From: Azolla caroliniana
Taxonomy: Eukaryota > Plantae > Polypodiophyta
Assembly: GCA_043228905.1 (NCBI GenBank)
Contig: JBHGNT010000012.1
Location: forward strand, 682,001 to 746,000
Reading direction: 5' to 3'
DNA length: 64,000 bases
Shown: one piece after another, positions 61,601 through 64,000 of the stretch
Position numbering within the stretch: the first letter of the stretch is position 1
Layout of the letters: every line of letters begins with the position of its first letter
Notes under the pieces: model-generated
What the model saw: only the letters and a program-made list of their open reading frames with translations
Told to the model about the DNA's origin: nothing
Database searches by the model: none
Program-made: the position numbers and the translations under genes

Positions 61601-64000
61601 ATTTTAAGAGACAATCTCTCATTCATTCTCATAGGCCATTTTACATATTTATGTTTTGCTTGTTCCCTAATATGAGACAGCAATTTTGGATCTCATGGAG
61701 GCCATTTTGGTGTCATCAAAGATGTTAATGTATCTTTGTTTCTTTCTACTGTCCATGTTAATATTGCATCTTGGATTGGCCTATGTTGGATTAAGTTCAG
61801 AATCTTCAGTGCGTTGGTAATTAGATTCTATAGTACCTGATCATTTTGGCCCTTTAAAGATGTTAATATATCATTCTTTATTCTACATATAATGGAATAC
61901 AATCATATTTCATTTCTTCTAAAATGTGATTGTTTCCTTTGAACACAATTCAGTTCTATCCTTGATCGCTCAGATACCCAGGTCAATGGGGGAGGATATT
62001 ACACATCGATTTGAAGAGAAAGAATGCCAGCTCAAGGTTAAAACTCATACCCCAGAGGATGTTGCTGCACAACGGGAGTATATTGCCAAGTTACCAATGG
62101 CAATTAATGAACTCAGGGCTGAGATTGATATGATAGAGGTAGCCTCTATTTGATTCAGTGTGTTTTATATTGATTCTCCTTGTCCATACTTGAATGAACC
62201 ATCACATAAGTATGGTATCTGTTTTAAATATTTCATAAGATTTATCAACGGATCATCACGTATGGTATCTATTTTCTTGGATGTCCTATGTACAGGTACA
62301 AGGAACCTCAATGCTTGTAATTAAAGAATTCTCATTCTTATGAATTAGTTTAAGGATACCATCCTATCTAGATCCCTCCATTTATTTTGTGTAGCACCCG
62401 ACACTGAAGGTTCTTCCCTCTCTTTGGAGTTCTCTTCATCTGGGATCTGCTATATTAGAGATATGTCGAAGGAAGAGATTTCCGTTCTTAGCTGACCAGA
62501 ATATCTGGCACCTTAAGTAGTATTAGTAATTTACTTACATCTATTTTGGTTAGTTGTTCTGAGAGATGAAACACCATTTTTAAGATGTATGTCTGGTTTG
62601 GTCTCACAAGCCATTTAGATGTCTTTTTAGAATGACAGAAATCAGCAATATCAGCTGCATATAGTAATATTGGTATGGCCATCTCCTACATCCATGCTCC
62701 TATCTCTCTATGTAACTAGCAATGTTAGTAACCTTCTACAAAAAATCAAAGAGAGTGAGTGAAAGTTGGCATCCTTGTTTTGTTCCAATTTTGCTGGTCA
62801 CTTCATCTGAGAATCTGTCAAGGGTACACACTTTTACCGACAGTGGTTTACACAGCTTATAGAGGAGCCCACATATGCCCCACAAAAGCTATGAAGTGTG
62901 TGTACAACCAAGCCCAAAACAGTATGAAGAAATTGGATGTAGCAACTTGGTCATAACCAAGAAGACCATATACACAATAAATTGATGCAAATCACTATAG
63001 ACAAATTTGCATGTCTAGTTGTTCCTAATAATACCTCATTCCACAAAGTGGGCGCTACATCTAGAGAGCTGCCAAAAAACAGGAGTAACGTATCTAGGTG
63101 ACCATATGTTGTATCTCTGTGGTTGTGATATTGTTGGAATGTCTATGCGTGCTTTCCTATGGATATGCTGCTATTGTGCATTTTCCTCATAATTCCTACA
63201 AAATCTCATTAATATGTGATGGAAAATGGGGTATACAAGTGCACTTCCTGAAAAGTTGATGAATATTGGACGGTGTCGTCTGTTGTTGATTGAGTACTGA
63301 ATGCTTTTTCTAGTAGATCTTTTGAGGATATGGTAGGGATACTAAGATAGCACAAAAAAGTAAGAGTCTTAAATTCAGCATGTATAACGTACTCGTGGTA
63401 CAGTCTCTGACGTACTATGAAGTCACATATCTATATTTTCTGTATTTTGATTAAATTAACCGTTTTTCACATACACTCCGTGGAAATTGAATTGTTATTC
63501 ATTGGACAGGTGTGGTATGATGCATTAGATGAATTGAATTACACCTTGCCTGATGGGGATTTTAATCAAAGGTGGGGATTGCAATTTTGGCCTTCAAAGA
63601 TTGAGAAACTGGTCGAAAAGATAGAAAAAACCCTAGCTGCAGATAATGAACGTTACCAGAGGGAAATGGAAGAAGAACAAATGACATTTTTGGTCACACT
63701 GGAAAACTTGGAAACAACTGTTTCAGCTTTTGCACGCTACACAGATTTGAATCAGGTTGGAAAATTCAAGGAGATATTTCAATCCGAAGATGGAATTGCA
63801 TGTCCTTAAATATAATTGATTGTGCATGAAATTCCTCTGAGTGTAAAAAGGAAGTGGCACAGATATACCATTGTACTCGTATGAGTTGATTTAATGCATT
63901 CTTTTTGCAGTCTGAGTTCATCGCATCTGAAGCTCGCAAAATCAATGAGCAACTTCGAACAGCAGAGAGCAAAGCACGCCTATTCAATTCACGAGAAACC
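49648..64000 (+). CDS. DNAH1: Axonemal inner-arm dynein heavy chain, DNAH1-type, 5' portion (continues past window). Exons: 49648-49698 (putative), 49793-49887, 50219-50365, 51733-51888, 52034-52127, 52201-52481, 55153-55392, 57723-58002, 58238-58489, 58571-58755, 61364-61458, 61954-62138, 63510-63755, 63911->64000
   Basis: Spliced translation gives motifs I recognise from the DNAH1 N-terminal tail: PRKVAIERRKRCY, IPLHAFDNTDFETREPSKW, VLDY...YLV, SWIPRVLLYFKAESP, YHFYVDSMP, SLRLEDFEQMQ, SFKDFGKGWFNLQE...SKMKRFLRMVRYMMEDSVRYLV, IQQLEPSVMEKLMW, WPSKI, ARLFNSRE. Intron phases are consistent. The start codon is tentative. Confidence 0.9.
50830..51160 (-). mobile_element. Old L1-type RT remnant in a dynein intron
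   Basis: IQPSHTSFIQGKNVLKNILALQKAV resembles the L1 RT consensus ISPxQSAFIxGRxIxDNILxAQE. Confidence 0.5.
52615..53138 (-). mobile_element. Family B (RTEX/L2-like) LINE 3' fragment in a dynein intron
   Basis: HQLQIEVGRYTRLPLEERICQLCHQGVES. (GAAA)n tail followed by GATATATTAACGTCTTTTAAGAGGCC. Confidence 0.8.
53139..54029 (-). mobile_element. Copia-related LTR remnant with a 271-bp tandem array (LTR U3 end plus PPT region, x2.6)
   Basis: Starts TGTCAAAGA. The terminus TTGAGCTTGATTCTCAACA (same as the copia-1 LTR end) recurs at 53487, 53758 and 54029, the first two followed by CGCCCC. Confidence 0.8.
55500..57010 (-). mobile_element. Two stacked family B LINE 3' fragments in a dynein intron
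   Basis: Tail motif at 55500-55570. Second copy from about 55755 with homology to 52670-53138. Confidence 0.75.
55964..56518. repeat. 142-bp tandem repeat x~4 within a family B LINE
   Basis: TAGAGAGATCTCTGAAGTGATGGCGG at 55964, 56091, 56233 and 56375; the first unit is 15 bp shorter. Confidence 0.93.
57260..57535 (+). mobile_element. Degenerate family B LINE fragment
   Basis: Encodes TCKLCHWDVEYEEDYIFHC. Shares CAGAGACCTCTCCATCTTGGATTGGCCC with the 60515 region. Confidence 0.65.
59900..60752 (+). mobile_element. Degenerate family B LINE copy
   Basis: Decayed HKLEIE...ERICQSCH region near 60070-60145. Ends GGCCTCTTAAAAGATGTTAATGTAACTTTTCTTCTTTCTTTC. The 5' boundary is approximate. Confidence 0.65.

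Overview
This window is eukaryotic land-plant genomic DNA with spliced genes. An axonemal dynein plus a plant pectate lyase point to a lineage with flagellated sperm, most plausibly a fern (inference). There are three + strand genes. (1) A 5-exon pectate lyase at 1602-4152. (2) An uncharacterised 7-exon protein of about 1300 aa at 20809-27006, with Pro-rich 11-residue repeats, a degenerate-MIDAS vWA domain and a long helix with 22-residue Asn/aromatic periodicity. (3) The 5' part of a DNAH1-type inner-arm dynein heavy chain, from about 49648 to past the window end. The rest is largely transposons: two Ty1/copia elements, one containing a solo LTR that in turn contains a very young chromovirus Ty3/gypsy; a hAT-like MITE; two families of 5'-truncated LINEs; and several young tandem duplications, including a 1179-bp triplication at the dynein 5' end. 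The most interesting observation is the vWA protein. Its matched 11/22-residue periodicities suggest an alpha-helix/polyproline-II hairpin stalk of roughly 60 nm carrying a vWA head, an architecture known from streptococcal antigen I/II adhesins. All gene models were built by eye from splice signals and reading frame; no searches were run.
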